64,000 nt of DNA from Naegleria gruberi (taxonomy: Eukaryota). The DNA is taken from NCBI GenBank assembly GCA_000004985.1, contig GG738857.1. One strand, 5' to 3'. Made by a program: the position numbers and the translations under genes. The notes under the pieces are model-generated. The model did not search any database. It worked only from the letters and a program-made list of their open reading frames with translations, and had not been told where the DNA came from. Of the stretch, positions 10,348 to 20,715 are shown in pieces; the first letter of the stretch is position 1, and every line of letters starts with the position of its first letter.

Positions 10348-13300
10348 ATGTCAACATCGCTATTGCCAAGTGCCTCCTTTGACCTATTCGATTCTGAATT
10401 ACATAATGTAATTGATGAAGAAAGGGATCGGAAACATATTTTGCAGCAATGTCTACATAAATTAAATGAAAATAATTATGTGACGAAAGCTTTTGCAAAA
10501 TATTCGAATATATTCGAAACTATTGACAAAGGACCTGAAGTTTCTGTTTGTTTATTATCAGAACCTGGATTTGGTAAAACAAGCACATTGAATATGATAC
10601 TATCTGGAAATGACAATTCTCCAATGAAGGCATCCGATAGATTAGGTTCAGGTGAAACTTTAGTCTGTACACAAATTAAATATTCGAAAGACATTCGAGT
10701 TACAAAAGTTTATTGTACAGCTGAAAAGTATGAAGAAAGAATTATGAAATTAATGAAAACAAAAGATTCAGAAGATGAACAAACATCACCAACGCCACTC
10801 ACAGATGGTTTAAGTTTAGTTTCGTCTTCAAGTTTCGAATTTCAAGACGATGATGATGATGAAGAAACTGATTGCGAAGATTCAGCATCAGATGAAGCAA
10901 ATTCACTTTTACTTCCAGAGAAATTAAATGTAGAAACTTCAAGTGTAAGATTAAGTGAAGATCATTTCGTATTTCTTAATGGAAAGGCAGATAGAAATGA
11001 ATTAGAAGAAACATTTACGTTTCAATCTGTTCATGATATTCATAACTATTTTGAAAAGGAAAGAAAAAGAGATGAATGCAATAGAGATGACATTTTAATG
11101 GTTGACAAATATATTTTATACTATCCGTGTGAATTACTTAAAAGTGAATATGGAGAAGTGATATTATGGGATATTCCTGGTTATGGTGAACAAAATTATG
11201 GTGATATTCAAGCTATGCTTGTTGAAGAAGTTGTTTCTAATTGTAATGTCATCTTAATGGCATTGACAGGTAACAGAAATATCCTATCTTTAAATTGTTC
11301 ATCTAATTTATGGAAATATAAGGCATTTGAAAAAAGAAAAGATAATCCACCTACTATTGTCTTAACTTCAAGATGTCCAATAGAAAATTCAAATCATTAT
11401 TCAGAATTAATCAAATGTCATAATTCCTATATTAGGGAATTTAAAGAAAATTTAAGTGATTTTTTCAATGTTGATTTTGAATCTAATCCAAAACCTAAAA
11501 AGAAAGAATTGAAAGAAGAAAATGAAGACGAACCTAAAATAATTGACTTTTTTGGAAAGTATGATTTTGTTGTAACAGTTTCAAATTATGCAACAAATAT
11601 TACAATACCACATTTAACGGATAAAAATAATTGGACTATATTTAAGGATGAATTTTCAAAAATAATTGAAATGAGAAAGAGAATTGAAACTGATTATTCA
11701 ATTTTTAAGGGATTGAGATATGCTTTACAAATTGTAACACTTTACAGAACTCAATTTCCTGTCAATTTTCAAAAATTATGTAAAACAGAGACAGATAAAA
11801 TTGCAGATGAAACTTTAAAAACTTTACTACAATATATTGAAACTTTGGAATCAAATATTCAAAGAGCAATTTCAAGAGGTGAAAAATTAGAGAAGAAAAT
11901 TGAAAATTCTTTCAGTTTTGGAAATGAAAATTCATTGACTGATAAAATTCAGAGAAGATTATTCGAATCACATACAAGAGATGTCATGATTGCTTACTAT
12001 AGTGAAAGAATGAAAAAAATCAGTACAAGAATTGAAATGTTCAGAATTCAATTACATTTTCTATTGGAAACTAAAATTTTAGCAGCACAAAGTCATGAAA
12101 AATGTTTTGATTTTACAAATTTTAAAAACATGTTGTCAGATCATATTGATGAGATATTCGATTCTTTAAAAGCAATTATTCCAAACGAAATGACAGATGA
12201 TTCTAGAATGAAACTTGATTCGTATCATGAATCTTTTAAATCAATGAAAGGAATTTCAGAACAATCTAAAATTTTATTGAAAACTTTAACTAAATCAGGA
12301 TTCAAAAAAATAACCAAAACAGATGATAAGGAACTTTCATTATATGAAAAAGCAGAGAGAGTGAAAAGAGATTTTAAAAAGAAGAACTTCAAGTCCTATG
12401 AAGATGAAATCAAAATTCCAAGTCTTTCTAATGCCTATATGAATCCTTCTCGTAGAACAGGTAATATTCTAATTCCACTAAAAGAATACGAAACTATTAA
12501 GGAATTGAAAGAAAATTTCATTTTACCATCAGTAGGTGAGAAATTTGAAGAAAATATTGGAAAAATAGAAAAACAATCAAAAAGTGAATTGGAATTGGTA
12601 TATCGTTCAGATGAAATTAGTGGAAATATCATTTCCTTACAAATCGACAAATCACAGAGAAGAATTACAGTTTCGTATAATGAAAGTTTGCAAAAATCAA
12701 TTCAAAGTTTTAAAAAACTATTGACCACTGATTCACTCATTGGAACTAAGGGTGGAAACAAGAGTCATAGCCGACAACGAATTGCTCCAATTTTCATTAC
12801 TGCAGTTCCAGAATATTTCAATGATTTCACTCCAAACTTTTTAGAGAGACATGTTCATGATTGTTGTGTTAAATCAGATGTCAATCATATCATTTTCATT
12901 ATGATTGAGTCAATTTATTTGGAAAAAGCTCAATCATTCCTTAATCAGAATTTAAGTTTGTTGAATAATGAATATTCAAAGAAAAAATTGAATTATGTAT
13001 TTATCAGTATTGATACTGAACTTCCTGTAAATATTGGAAAGAAGAAGAAACTTTGCATGTTGGTGGCAGAACATTTCGAATTGGAAATTTATCATGTCAT
13101 GGAAGATAACATACTTCACGTTGAGGAATATATCAAACCAATCTTTTTCAGACATAACAATGCATTGGCAAGATATCTCATCTATGCAGAGGCCATTCTC
13201 TATTTTGAACTTTATTCAAGCATGGATTACACTCAGAAAAAAGGAATTATTAAGGAATTGCATGATTTTTTCTTGGATGAACCTTTAACGAGACGATACT

Positions 13301-13953
13301 ATTTGGAAAACAAGATTTCAGATTCAGATCCACTCAGGAAATTTAACACAGATGAGAAGATTAGAGAGAAGTATATTCACGATCCGAGACAATTATTATT
13401 TGCTTTTAATTATTTGAAACCTAAACTAAATGAAGATGGATTACAAATCGTTCACCAATATGAGGTGAAATTTAATGAATTCTTTAATAGGAGAGATCAT
13501 GTAGGTCATATTTCATTGTGGAATACTCAAAGTTCTCAATCAAAATCACTGAGCTCATTTATTGACAGCACTCAAAAAACAACTCATTTTGTTTCACCTA
13601 TGAGAGGAAATATCAGTACATTTTATGGACCGAATACGAAAGGAATTCATCCAGTTTCGGATAATGTTCTATTTGATGGGATGGCAGAAACATCACCATC
13701 TCCATTGACTCCTACATCAAAAAGAAGAACTAAGTTCGATATGTTGGAATCTTTTTTATGTGGAAATAGTTTCTCTGATGATTACTTTATTAGGCAAATG
13801 TTATTGCATGGAATTGGTGGATTTCAAATTTATGCTTTTAGATATCTTGCTGGAAACAGAGCTAGAATTAAGGATCGCAAAAAGAATTCGAAACGAAAGG
13901 ATATGGAATCGATCAAAAATGTTTCCCAACAGAAAAAGAAGAAGAATAAATGA
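10348..13953 (+). CDS. Paralog B (intact, 1201 aa, no introns). It has a septin/IRG-like GTPase-type N-domain with S.PGFGKTST in place of G..G.GKS and a WDIPGYG DxxG motif, then an acidic D/E-rich insert, a long helical region, a conserved C-terminal domain of unknown function shared with paralog A, and a basic C-terminal tail.
   Basis: Single 3606-nt ORF starting at an ATG. G1-like LLSEPGFGKTSTLNMILSG and G3-like VILWDIPGYGEQNYGD resemble septin (GESGLGKST / DTPGFGD) and IRG (GETGSGKSS / WDLPGIG) motifs. Blocks in the C-terminal ~420 aa are conserved with paralog A: LIGTKGGNKSHSRQRIAPIFIT, ERHVHDCC, GKKKKLCML.AEHFELEIYHVMEDN, RHNNALARYLI.AEAI.YFEL, HVGH.SLWN, RGNISTFYGPN..GIHPVSD.VLFDG, YFIRQMLL.GIGGFQIYAF.Y. 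It is transcribed divergently from paralog A, with only 211 bp between the two start codons. Confidence 0.75.
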   Translation: MSTSLLPSASFDLFDSELHNVIDEERDRKHILQQCLHKLNENNYVTKAFAKYSNIFETIDKGPEVSVCLLSEPGFGKTSTLNMILSGNDNSPMKASDRLGSGETLVCTQIKYSKDIRVTKVYCTAEKYEERIMKLMKTKDSEDEQTSPTPLTDGLSLVSSSSFEFQDDDDDEETDCEDSASDEANSLLLPEKLNVETSSVRLSEDHFVFLNGKADRNELEETFTFQSVHDIHNYFEKERKRDECNRDDILMVDKYILYYPCELLKSEYGEVILWDIPGYGEQNYGDIQAMLVEEVVSNCNVILMALTGNRNILSLNCSSNLWKYKAFEKRKDNPPTIVLTSRCPIENSNHYSELIKCHNSYIREFKENLSDFFNVDFESNPKPKKKELKEENEDEPKIIDFFGKYDFVVTVSNYATNITIPHLTDKNNWTIFKDEFSKIIEMRKRIETDYSIFKGLRYALQIVTLYRTQFPVNFQKLCKTETDKIADETLKTLLQYIETLESNIQRAISRGEKLEKKIENSFSFGNENSLTDKIQRRLFESHTRDVMIAYYSERMKKISTRIEMFRIQLHFLLETKILAAQSHEKCFDFTNFKNMLSDHIDEIFDSLKAIIPNEMTDDSRMKLDSYHESFKSMKGISEQSKILLKTLTKSGFKKITKTDDKELSLYEKAERVKRDFKKKNFKSYEDEIKIPSLSNAYMNPSRRTGNILIPLKEYETIKELKENFILPSVGEKFEENIGKIEKQSKSELELVYRSDEISGNIISLQIDKSQRRITVSYNESLQKSIQSFKKLLTTDSLIGTKGGNKSHSRQRIAPIFITAVPEYFNDFTPNFLERHVHDCCVKSDVNHIIFIMIESIYLEKAQSFLNQNLSLLNNEYSKKKLNYVFISIDTELPVNIGKKKKLCMLVAEHFELEIYHVMEDNILHVEEYIKPIFFRHNNALARYLIYAEAILYFELYSSMDYTQKKGIIKELHDFFLDEPLTRRYYLENKISDSDPLRKFNTDEKIREKYIHDPRQLLFAFNYLKPKLNEDGLQIVHQYEVKFNEFFNRRDHVGHISLWNTQSSQSKSLSSFIDSTQKTTHFVSPMRGNISTFYGPNTKGIHPVSDNVLFDGMAETSPSPLTPTSKRRTKFDMLESFLCGNSFSDDYFIRQMLLHGIGGFQIYAFRYLAGNRARIKDRKKNSKRKDMESIKNVSQQKKKKNK

Positions 13954-13978
13954 ACAACTTGGTAAACAAAAATGCAAC

Positions 13979-14051
13979 CGCCCCACGTGGGGCTCGAACC
14001 CACGACCGTTGGATTAAAAGTCCAACGCTCTACCGACTGAGCTAGCGGGGC
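13979..14051 (-). tRNA. tRNA-Lys (anticodon UUU), 73 nt, no intron.
   Basis: Minus-strand sequence GCCCCGCTAGCTCAGTCGGTAGAGCGTTGGACTTTTAATCCAACGGTCGTGGGTTCGAGCCCCACGTGGGGCG folds as a cloverleaf. The 7-bp acceptor stem has one G-U pair. The D-arm is GCTC/GAGC, the anticodon stem TTGGA/TCCAA with loop CTTTTAA (anticodon TTT), and the T-arm GTGGG-TTCGAGC-CCCAC. The T loop has the eukaryotic GTTCGAG consensus. The gene lies 26 nt past the stop of paralog B. Confidence 0.9.
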
Positions 14052-14346
14052 TGCTAATGTAAAGTAATTGGTAATGGTTCTTGAGGCTATTGACGAAACT
14101 GTTTATTATGTACCTTTGTAAGTGATGATTACTCTGAAAATACAACTATTTTTGAAAATGTTAATTTGTTGGGATGGGCAGTATAAATAAGATTAGCCTT
14201 AACTGTTCAGATTTATAGTGACCGAGAAGCAACTTGGTAGTGTCAGAAGACCAACAAGCCTAAGCGAGGAATCATTTTTGCGAATGATTGGACTAACTAA
14301 CCTAAATATTATTTCGTTTCTAGAAAATTTTCTTGTTTAATTGAAA

Positions 14347-16488
14347 TTACAAGTCTTCATCACTCTCATCAAGTGTATATTCTTGGATGCCTTGAGGTTT
14401 GTTTTGACTTGGTTCTGTTTGTTGCTCTCTTTCTAAAAAGTGTGGTTCATCTTCTAATTCTTCATCTTCCCCCCCATTGATTGGATCATGATGAGAAATA
14501 ATTGATCTATCTCCATACAAAGCCAAATATTCCTTTCTGTGTCTTCCAAGGAAACAAAAAACAAGCATTAATAAACCAATAATTGTTACCAAGGAAATAA
14601 CACCATATGTAATCATGATTGGATAAAGTCCACGATCTGAAACTAAGGCATTTTCATAGTATTCGCAAATACTTCCACTATATCTATCTTCACATTTACA
14701 CTATTATTATGAATGAATAAATATGAGTTTCAAATCAACTTACTTCATTGTAATCTACGCATGCACCTTTACCTCCACAAACCTTGCCAGTTGTTGAAAT
14801 TGAAGGAACTCCAAAGCAATATGTATGTTCGCATTCATTTCCAAAATATTCAGCCTTACATTTACAAGTATTTTCTGACAAACATTCTCCCCTCTTTACA
14901 CCTCCACAAACACTTGATGAATTAGCTGGTAATCCATAACATTTGTGAACTATTCCGTGATTATGATAAATTGGTGAAATTAATTTTAGCCACTTACTCT
15001 TTAGGTCACTGCAATACTTTCCTTCAAATTTGGCAGTGCATTTCTCACATTTTTCTCCATCAAAATTACCTTTACATTTGCAAATATTCTCTGCAACACA
15101 CTCTCCATTACCACTACACACATCAGAGTCTGTGTTTTTAAAACCATGGCAACTGACAGGAGGCTTGAGTGCAAATTTCAGTAACATGGGATTACTGCTG
15201 TCGGCATGTACCAAAATTGCAAACTCAAAATCTTTATACTTCAATGGTAAGAGCATATAATCCCAATTGCCTTTATCGTCATTATCAGTGTCCTCAATTA
15301 GGGTAAAAACTTTTTCTTTTCCATCCATTCTTTTGACAGAACAGATACCGCCGAGAGTTGTACAAGTTTTGAATACCAAATTACCATTATTGAAAGTTAA
15401 AATATTTTGAGCATCTCCTCCAGTGTAGATAGTATCAACTTCATTAAAAGTATCTCTAACAACTGCAAATGAGATAATATTTCCATCCTTGATATAAAAT
15501 CCTAATCCATCATTAATAAACAAGCTCATTACTGCGTCATTGATTTTTTGGAGCTTGTCATTCAAATGTATGTAGAGAGACTTTTTGTTTCCAATAATAT
15601 TTTTTCCCATAACAGTAGTTTGGTAAGATGGTTTGCCATCGAATAAATTTGAGTACTTTCCATCATCTGAGGTGACAATAGTTTTGAGGCCATCAAAATA
15701 AAACGTAAGGGATGTTCCTTGAACCATTGAATCGGATTGATAAGTAAGGTTTTTTACCCAAGTAATATTCAATGCTAATGGATCCAATTTTCCAATAGAT
15801 AAGACCTCTCCATTTTGGTAAAGGACGTTGACATCTCCTTCATAATCTTTGGAAAATGTAAGAGGGAAATATACTTTGTCTCCTTTCCTTTCAAAATTTT
15901 CTTTAACATTGTAACTTTTGTCGACACTTAACAATCCTTCACTGTTTGCTCCAATGAATAAATTTTTTGTAAGAATTGATGAAAGGGTGTCTACTTCCTT
16001 GATTGATTTAATTGCATTTGCGTTAAAGTTAGCTTTGTATAATCCTTGCTTCCTGTCAGTACCGATGGCACCATCAAAAAGAAGATCATTTTCATTCAAG
16101 AAAATGAGTTGATTCATTTCAGATATTTCTGTGTCACTGATAATATTAGCAGAGTCGTCATTTTTCAAATAAACGAGTCTAACACCCTTATATCCATTAG
16201 TATTCTTTAACAACCATGATTAGTGAATATATTCATTTCAAAACATACTTGATTTGGAGCGTAGTGTGCTTTAAAGTAAACAGTGCTTCCATCGGGTTTA
16301 ACAATATAGTTTTTAAAATCATCTTGATCATTGTCTTCTTGTAAAACTGTAAAATTATCAGTATCTTTTCTTTCTTGTCTGTAAACGTTGTCTGTTGGTG
16401 TTGAAATTGAATAGACGAAACTAATTCCGGCCATCAAATTGACAACCAAAAAAACGGCAATCAACAAACTTGCCAGATTTTTAAACAT
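14347..16488 (-). CDS. Type I membrane protein with a signal peptide, several EGF-like cysteine-rich repeats, one transmembrane helix and an acidic cytoplasmic tail. Exons (minus strand) 16488-16251, 16206-14744, 14700-14347. Introns 44 and 43 bp.
   Basis: Exon 1 MFKNLASLLIAVFLVVNLMAG... is a signal peptide. It joins ...YAPNQ|NTNGYKGVRL... through GTATGT..TTAAAG (16207-16250). The large exon ends with EGF-like modules (CSGNGECVAENICKCKGNFDGEKCEKC, CGGVKRGECLSENTCKCKAEYFGNECE, CGGKGACVDYNE). The last exon follows GTAAGT..AATAG (14701-14743) and encodes CKCEDRYSGSICEYYENALVSDRGLYPIMITYGVISLVTIIGLLMLVFCFLGRHRKEY...DESDEDL*. Confidence 0.7.
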
Positions 16489-16861
16489 TTTTTTTTAAAA
16501 TGAATAAAGAATTGATTGCGTCATTTCAATCCACAATCCATTGAGGGTTATGAAGGCGATTGAACAACGTGTTTAATGCCAATTTTCTTCCTTTTGATTA
16601 TGTTACTTATTCAAAACTCGCTAATATAGATCGAGAATCATTCTGTTGAAATCCAACACAATATTATTCCGACCATCAAATTAGTTGAACTAGTTGCATC
16701 GCCTTACATTAATCAGTATTTTCTCTCCACAAAAACTACAGCCAAACAGCTAGTTGATGAAGGTTGTTCCAAACACTGTGGTGAGCCATTTTTTTGATAA
16801 ATGTTCTTTAATATTTTGGCGCCAATCAAACTACAACACGTTATTGATACTTAATAAAAAA

Positions 16862-17536
16862 ATGTCTAAAAAACCAACCTCAGCAAAGAAACCCACCGAT
16901 CCAAAGAAAGCAGCAACACCAGTGATAAAGATAAATCCTCATTCATTCTTTCTATTTGAACAAGATGACGGAACAACACAAGAGGAAATAGGAAAGGTAA
17001 TATTTGAATTATATGAGGATAAGGTTCCTAAAACAGTGGCCAATTTTAAAAGTTTATGTTTAGGAGATAAGGGAAAAACCAAACCATTGAAGGAATTTAA
17101 TAATATTACAGCAACATTGCACTATAAAGGAACGAATGTAAATAGGATAGCTAGAGGATTTTTAATACAAGGAGGTGATGTTGTTTTAAATAATGGGAAT
17201 TCAGGTCATTCAGTGACAAGTAAGGTCTTGGAAGATGAAAATTTTGAATTGAAACATGAACCATTCGTGTTGACATGTCCAAATTATGGCCCAAATACTA
17301 ATACAAGTCAGTACGCCATTACACTTTCTAAATGTCCATGGCTCGATGACCAACATGTTGTATTTGGGAGAGTGAAAGAAGGATTTGAAGTGCTGAAGAA
17401 GATTGAATCGTTTGGGAGCGACTCAGGTAAGATAGTGATTGGAACGTTGAGGATCAAGGATTGTGGGTTATTAACAGAACAAGAGCTGCAAAAATATGCT
17501 CCTCCTTCCAGACCTCAAACACCTTCAAATCAATGA
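16862..17536 (+). CDS. Cyclophilin-type peptidyl-prolyl cis-trans isomerase with a Lys/Pro-rich N-terminal extension.
   Basis: From the ATG at 16862: MSKKPTSAKKPTDPKKAATPVIKINPHSFFLFEQDDGTTQEEIGKVIFELYEDKVPKTVANFKSLCLGDKG...YKGTNVNRIARGFLIQGGD...GNSGHSV...LKHEPFVLTCPNYGPNTNTSQYAITLSKCPWLDDQHVVFGRVKEGFEVLKKIE. These are cyclophilin-like domain signatures. The ORF-track start at 16754 is a TTG artefact. Confidence 0.85.
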   Translation: MSKKPTSAKKPTDPKKAATPVIKINPHSFFLFEQDDGTTQEEIGKVIFELYEDKVPKTVANFKSLCLGDKGKTKPLKEFNNITATLHYKGTNVNRIARGFLIQGGDVVLNNGNSGHSVTSKVLEDENFELKHEPFVLTCPNYGPNTNTSQYAITLSKCPWLDDQHVVFGRVKEGFEVLKKIESFGSDSGKIVIGTLRIKDCGLLTEQELQKYAPPSRPQTPSNQ

Positions 17537-17647
17537 TGATTTATTGCTTGTCTTTCCGAAGGTACTCATCAATCAATTGTCATCCAATTGCAATTTTCAA
17601 TAAAAAAAATTAACAAATCACCACTCCATCAACAAAACCTGATAGAG

Positions 17648-18983
17648 ATGTCAACTAGAGACGAAATTTTGGATCAAATTGAATCCTTACAAAACCTTCT
17701 TGATGATGGTATCATGGACGAAGAACAATTCTCTGCTGCCAAAGATAAACTCCTCAAGAAATTAGAAGAACTCGAAAATGAAGAAGCTGAAGCCAATCAC
17801 CACAACGATGAAGATGATTATCCACCACGTGGTGCTAGTTCTCGTAATAATAGAGGAGGAGATGATGAAGAAGAAGGTGATCCATACGCAGATGCCTACG
17901 GTGATGAAGATATTGCAGGAGCAGGTGCTGAAGGTGATGATGTTGTTGAATCATACTTGGATACTCACGAAAGATTGTTGGCCACCATGAAGAATACAAA
18001 GGCTAATGAACAAACTAGATGGGGAAAGTCAGGTCAAATTTATGTAAGTATTGAAAAGGTCATTGATATTTATACTTTTTTACTTGTTTTTATATATGTT
18101 GATAATGATAATATTATTATGATTGTTATTGTTGTTCATATTGTTATAACACAACTAATAATGTGTGTATTAATACTTTTTGTATTGAATACATTGAATG
18201 GGTAATATTTATTATTATTATTACTACTACTACTATACTGCTGACGTCAAATTTAATATTTGTTGTTGTTGTTGATGTGCTGTTGTTGTGTTACTGTGTG
18301 TAATTACACTATTGTGTAATGATAATGTAACAATCTATTATTGTAAAATTACATTACAATGAATTCTAACACGTATTTATATTCGAATAGGATGAAAACA
18401 AACTCACTTGGGGTAGTTATTTGGACACTCACGAAAAGGACTCATCCAGCAGAAAGGAAACCAAATTCCGTTCTGGTGCTCAATGGGGTAAAAGTGCTGA
18501 TGTTGTCTATGTAAGTTTCTAACACTATTTAAACAAGTTTCTAATAATTTTAATTACTAATTACTACCACAATTTGTTGTTATCCACTTACAATTTAACA
18601 CAAATGTTCACACACTGCTACTATTGCTATTGTTCATATACTACAAAAAAAAACAGGATGAAACCAAGTTGACATTCGGTTCTTATCTCAAGAGTGAAGA
18701 AGAAAAGAAGAAGAAGATTGAAGAAGAAGAAGCCAAAAAGAAGATGGAAACCATTGATGCTATTAAGAAGAAGAAGGATGGTGAATTCTTAGATCCAAGA
18801 AATGCCAAGTTCAAGCTTGAAGAACTGCAAGGAAAGTTCCCTAAGGGAGTTGATCCAATTAAGAAGGAACTCTACTTGTCTTCTGAAGATTTCAAAAAGC
18901 ACTTTGGCATGACATTGACTGAATATGTTAAATTGGGTGCTTTCCAAAAGAAGAAGCTCAAGAAGCAACTTGATTTGTTCTAA
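17648..18983 (+). CDS. Villin-headpiece (VHP) domain protein with an N-terminal SHOCT-like helix and three copies of a short repeat. Exons 17648-18043, 18391-18510, 18657-18983. Introns 347 and 146 bp.
   Basis: The C-terminus LSSEDFKKHFGMTLTEYVKLGAFQKKKLKKQLDLF* matches the villin headpiece consensus (LSDEDF..VFGMT...LP.WKQ..LKK..GLF). The exons encode ...TRWGKSGQIY | DENKLTWGSYLDTHEK...AQWGKSADVVY | DETKLTFGSYLKSEEEKKKK..., with donors TAT|GTAAGT in the same phase. The N-terminus has GIMDEEQFSAAKDKLLKKLEE. Confidence 0.7.
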
Positions 18984-19685
18984 ATTGACTTCAATGATTC
19001 CAAATCATTTCTTATATCAACCTTGTTTATCACTCAGGGTTTTCACAAATTGTACATTTTTTCAAGTTTTGTTAATTATTTCTATTATTCAATTCAAATC
19101 ATTGAATTTGACAAGTTATTTAATGACATTGTGATATTTCAATAAATGAAATGTCATGTAAAATTATAAATTAAAAATTATGTTAATCTTTTTGTTCATC
19201 TGTGGTTCCTAATAAGTCAGATTTTAATGTCAAGTGAAAAAATTGACTTTTATTGATGTCATCTCTCTGTCATCTTTGACAGGTCTTCAATCTACTTCTG
19301 TTACTTGATATTATTTAATGAATTCATCATGAATTTAATGACATTCTAAACTTTATGGGAACTTCACAATAAGCAAAACAACAACAACTCTGTCTCAAGT
19401 AATCAATTTTTACTCTAAAAATCTTGTCACTTGTTAGGTACAAAGAAACTGTTCAGTGTGGTTGTAGGTTGTTTTTTCTTCGCCTTTTTGAGCTTATTTC
19501 CTGTAAGGTAGGAATCTCGCCATTGAGGATTGTTGTCAGGCTCAAAATAGGCAGTAAAACAATTATGAAAGATGCCAATTTTTTAAAGACAACTGACACC
19601 AATTAGTCAATGAAAAGGACTAAAACCTATTAGGTCACTTTTCCCCTCATCATGCAAAATAGAGTCTCCAAGATAATCAACCAAT

Positions 19686-20645
19686 TTGCCAGCTAAAGAA
19701 CTCTCCAACACCAAAAAAACGACAACACTCAAACTCATGGGCCACAAGCATTCTCATCACAACAACAACTCCTCATCGACCATGATGATGAGCGAACACG
19801 AACAAGATTTCCATTCAAACTCTTCGCCGAATAGTGCAAGATTCAACCATTCATCCTCTTCTTCGCCACGAGCAAACAACTTTACATGTAATAGTCATGG
19901 ACAATTGGATACTTGTCAGACATGCAAGGATAGCAATACGAATTGCGTGAAGAGCAAGCAGGAGAGAAGATTCGCTCAGCTCTTAATGTTATGTCAGGCA
20001 TTTGAAGAGCAGTATCCTGAGGTGTGGAAACAATTTGTGATTCAATATTACTTGACTGCCAATTTCAAGTTTCCACAAAAGAGAAAGAGAAGGATGAGCT
20101 CTTCTATAGATTCAGCACCTGGAAAATTGGTGTCTTCTTCTTTGGATTCTCAAAATGTTATGTATTCGAATAGTGGCAATTCGTTCAAAGTGAGCTCGCT
20201 GCCTAGTGAGTCGAATCCTTCCACAAATCAAATTGCTCAGGTACCAACCACTTTTGTACATCATTCATACTCTTTGGGAAGTTTAAATGATAATCCAAAT
20301 TCGAATATAATGGTAAATTCGAATGATGCAATGATAACAGACAAGGTTGTCCATTTACCAGAATCAGCGAGGAAAGAAATTGAAAAGATTGATAGGAAAA
20401 TGTGTTGTACATCATCTCAGGATTTTGACCTTTCCTCTGACGATGAAATGTTTCCCAATGTTGATCTTGGAAACAATATAGCATGCGAGGGAGGAGATAG
20501 AAATCCACAATATGGTCAAGTGATGGATCAATTCATGAGGGAATTTATAGAATATAATCTTAAACACTGGAAAATACCAAACAAATTGGAAGATATTAAT
20601 ATGGTTAAAATATTTGAGGATTTTCTAAAGAATATCAATAAATGA
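19686..20645 (+). CDS. Hypothetical Ser/Asn/His-rich protein. The start is uncertain; the first in-frame ATG is near 19737.
   Basis: Long ORF with low-complexity N-terminal half (HSHHNNNSSS, SSSSP) and a more complex C-terminal half (..FAQLLMLCQAFEEQYPEVWKQFVIQYYLTANFKFPQKRKRR..). No family recognised. Confidence 0.35.
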   Translation: MPAKELSNTKKTTTLKLMGHKHSHHNNNSSSTMMMSEHEQDFHSNSSPNSARFNHSSSSSPRANNFTCNSHGQLDTCQTCKDSNTNCVKSKQERRFAQLLMLCQAFEEQYPEVWKQFVIQYYLTANFKFPQKRKRRMSSSIDSAPGKLVSSSLDSQNVMYSNSGNSFKVSSLPSESNPSTNQIAQVPTTFVHHSYSLGSLNDNPNSNIMVNSNDAMITDKVVHLPESARKEIEKIDRKMCCTSSQDFDLSSDDEMFPNVDLGNNIACEGGDRNPQYGQVMDQFMREFIEYNLKHWKIPNKLEDINMVKIFEDFLKNINK

Positions 20646-20715
20646 AAATGGAATTTTCTGAAAAAGCAATACTCCAAATTCGTCTTGTTCAATTTGCTTT
20701 GAATAATGATAAAAA

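Noticed and set aside
13034-13288. Internal or antisense ORFs inside the GTPase paralogs (13034-13288 +, 7171-7425 -, 12435-12650 -, 10476-10694 -), two of which encode similar peptides (ERRRNF.C.WQNISNWKFIMSWKI).
   Set aside because: They are alternative-frame shadows of the paralogous coding sequences. Their similarity to each other only reflects the nucleotide similarity of the two paralogs, not a conserved overlapping gene.
18100-18360. Microsatellites (ATT/ACT and TGT runs) as a candidate regulatory repeat or telomere-like tract.
   Set aside because: They sit inside the 347-bp first intron of the villin-headpiece gene. They are short, impure intronic microsatellites with no telomeric repeat unit.
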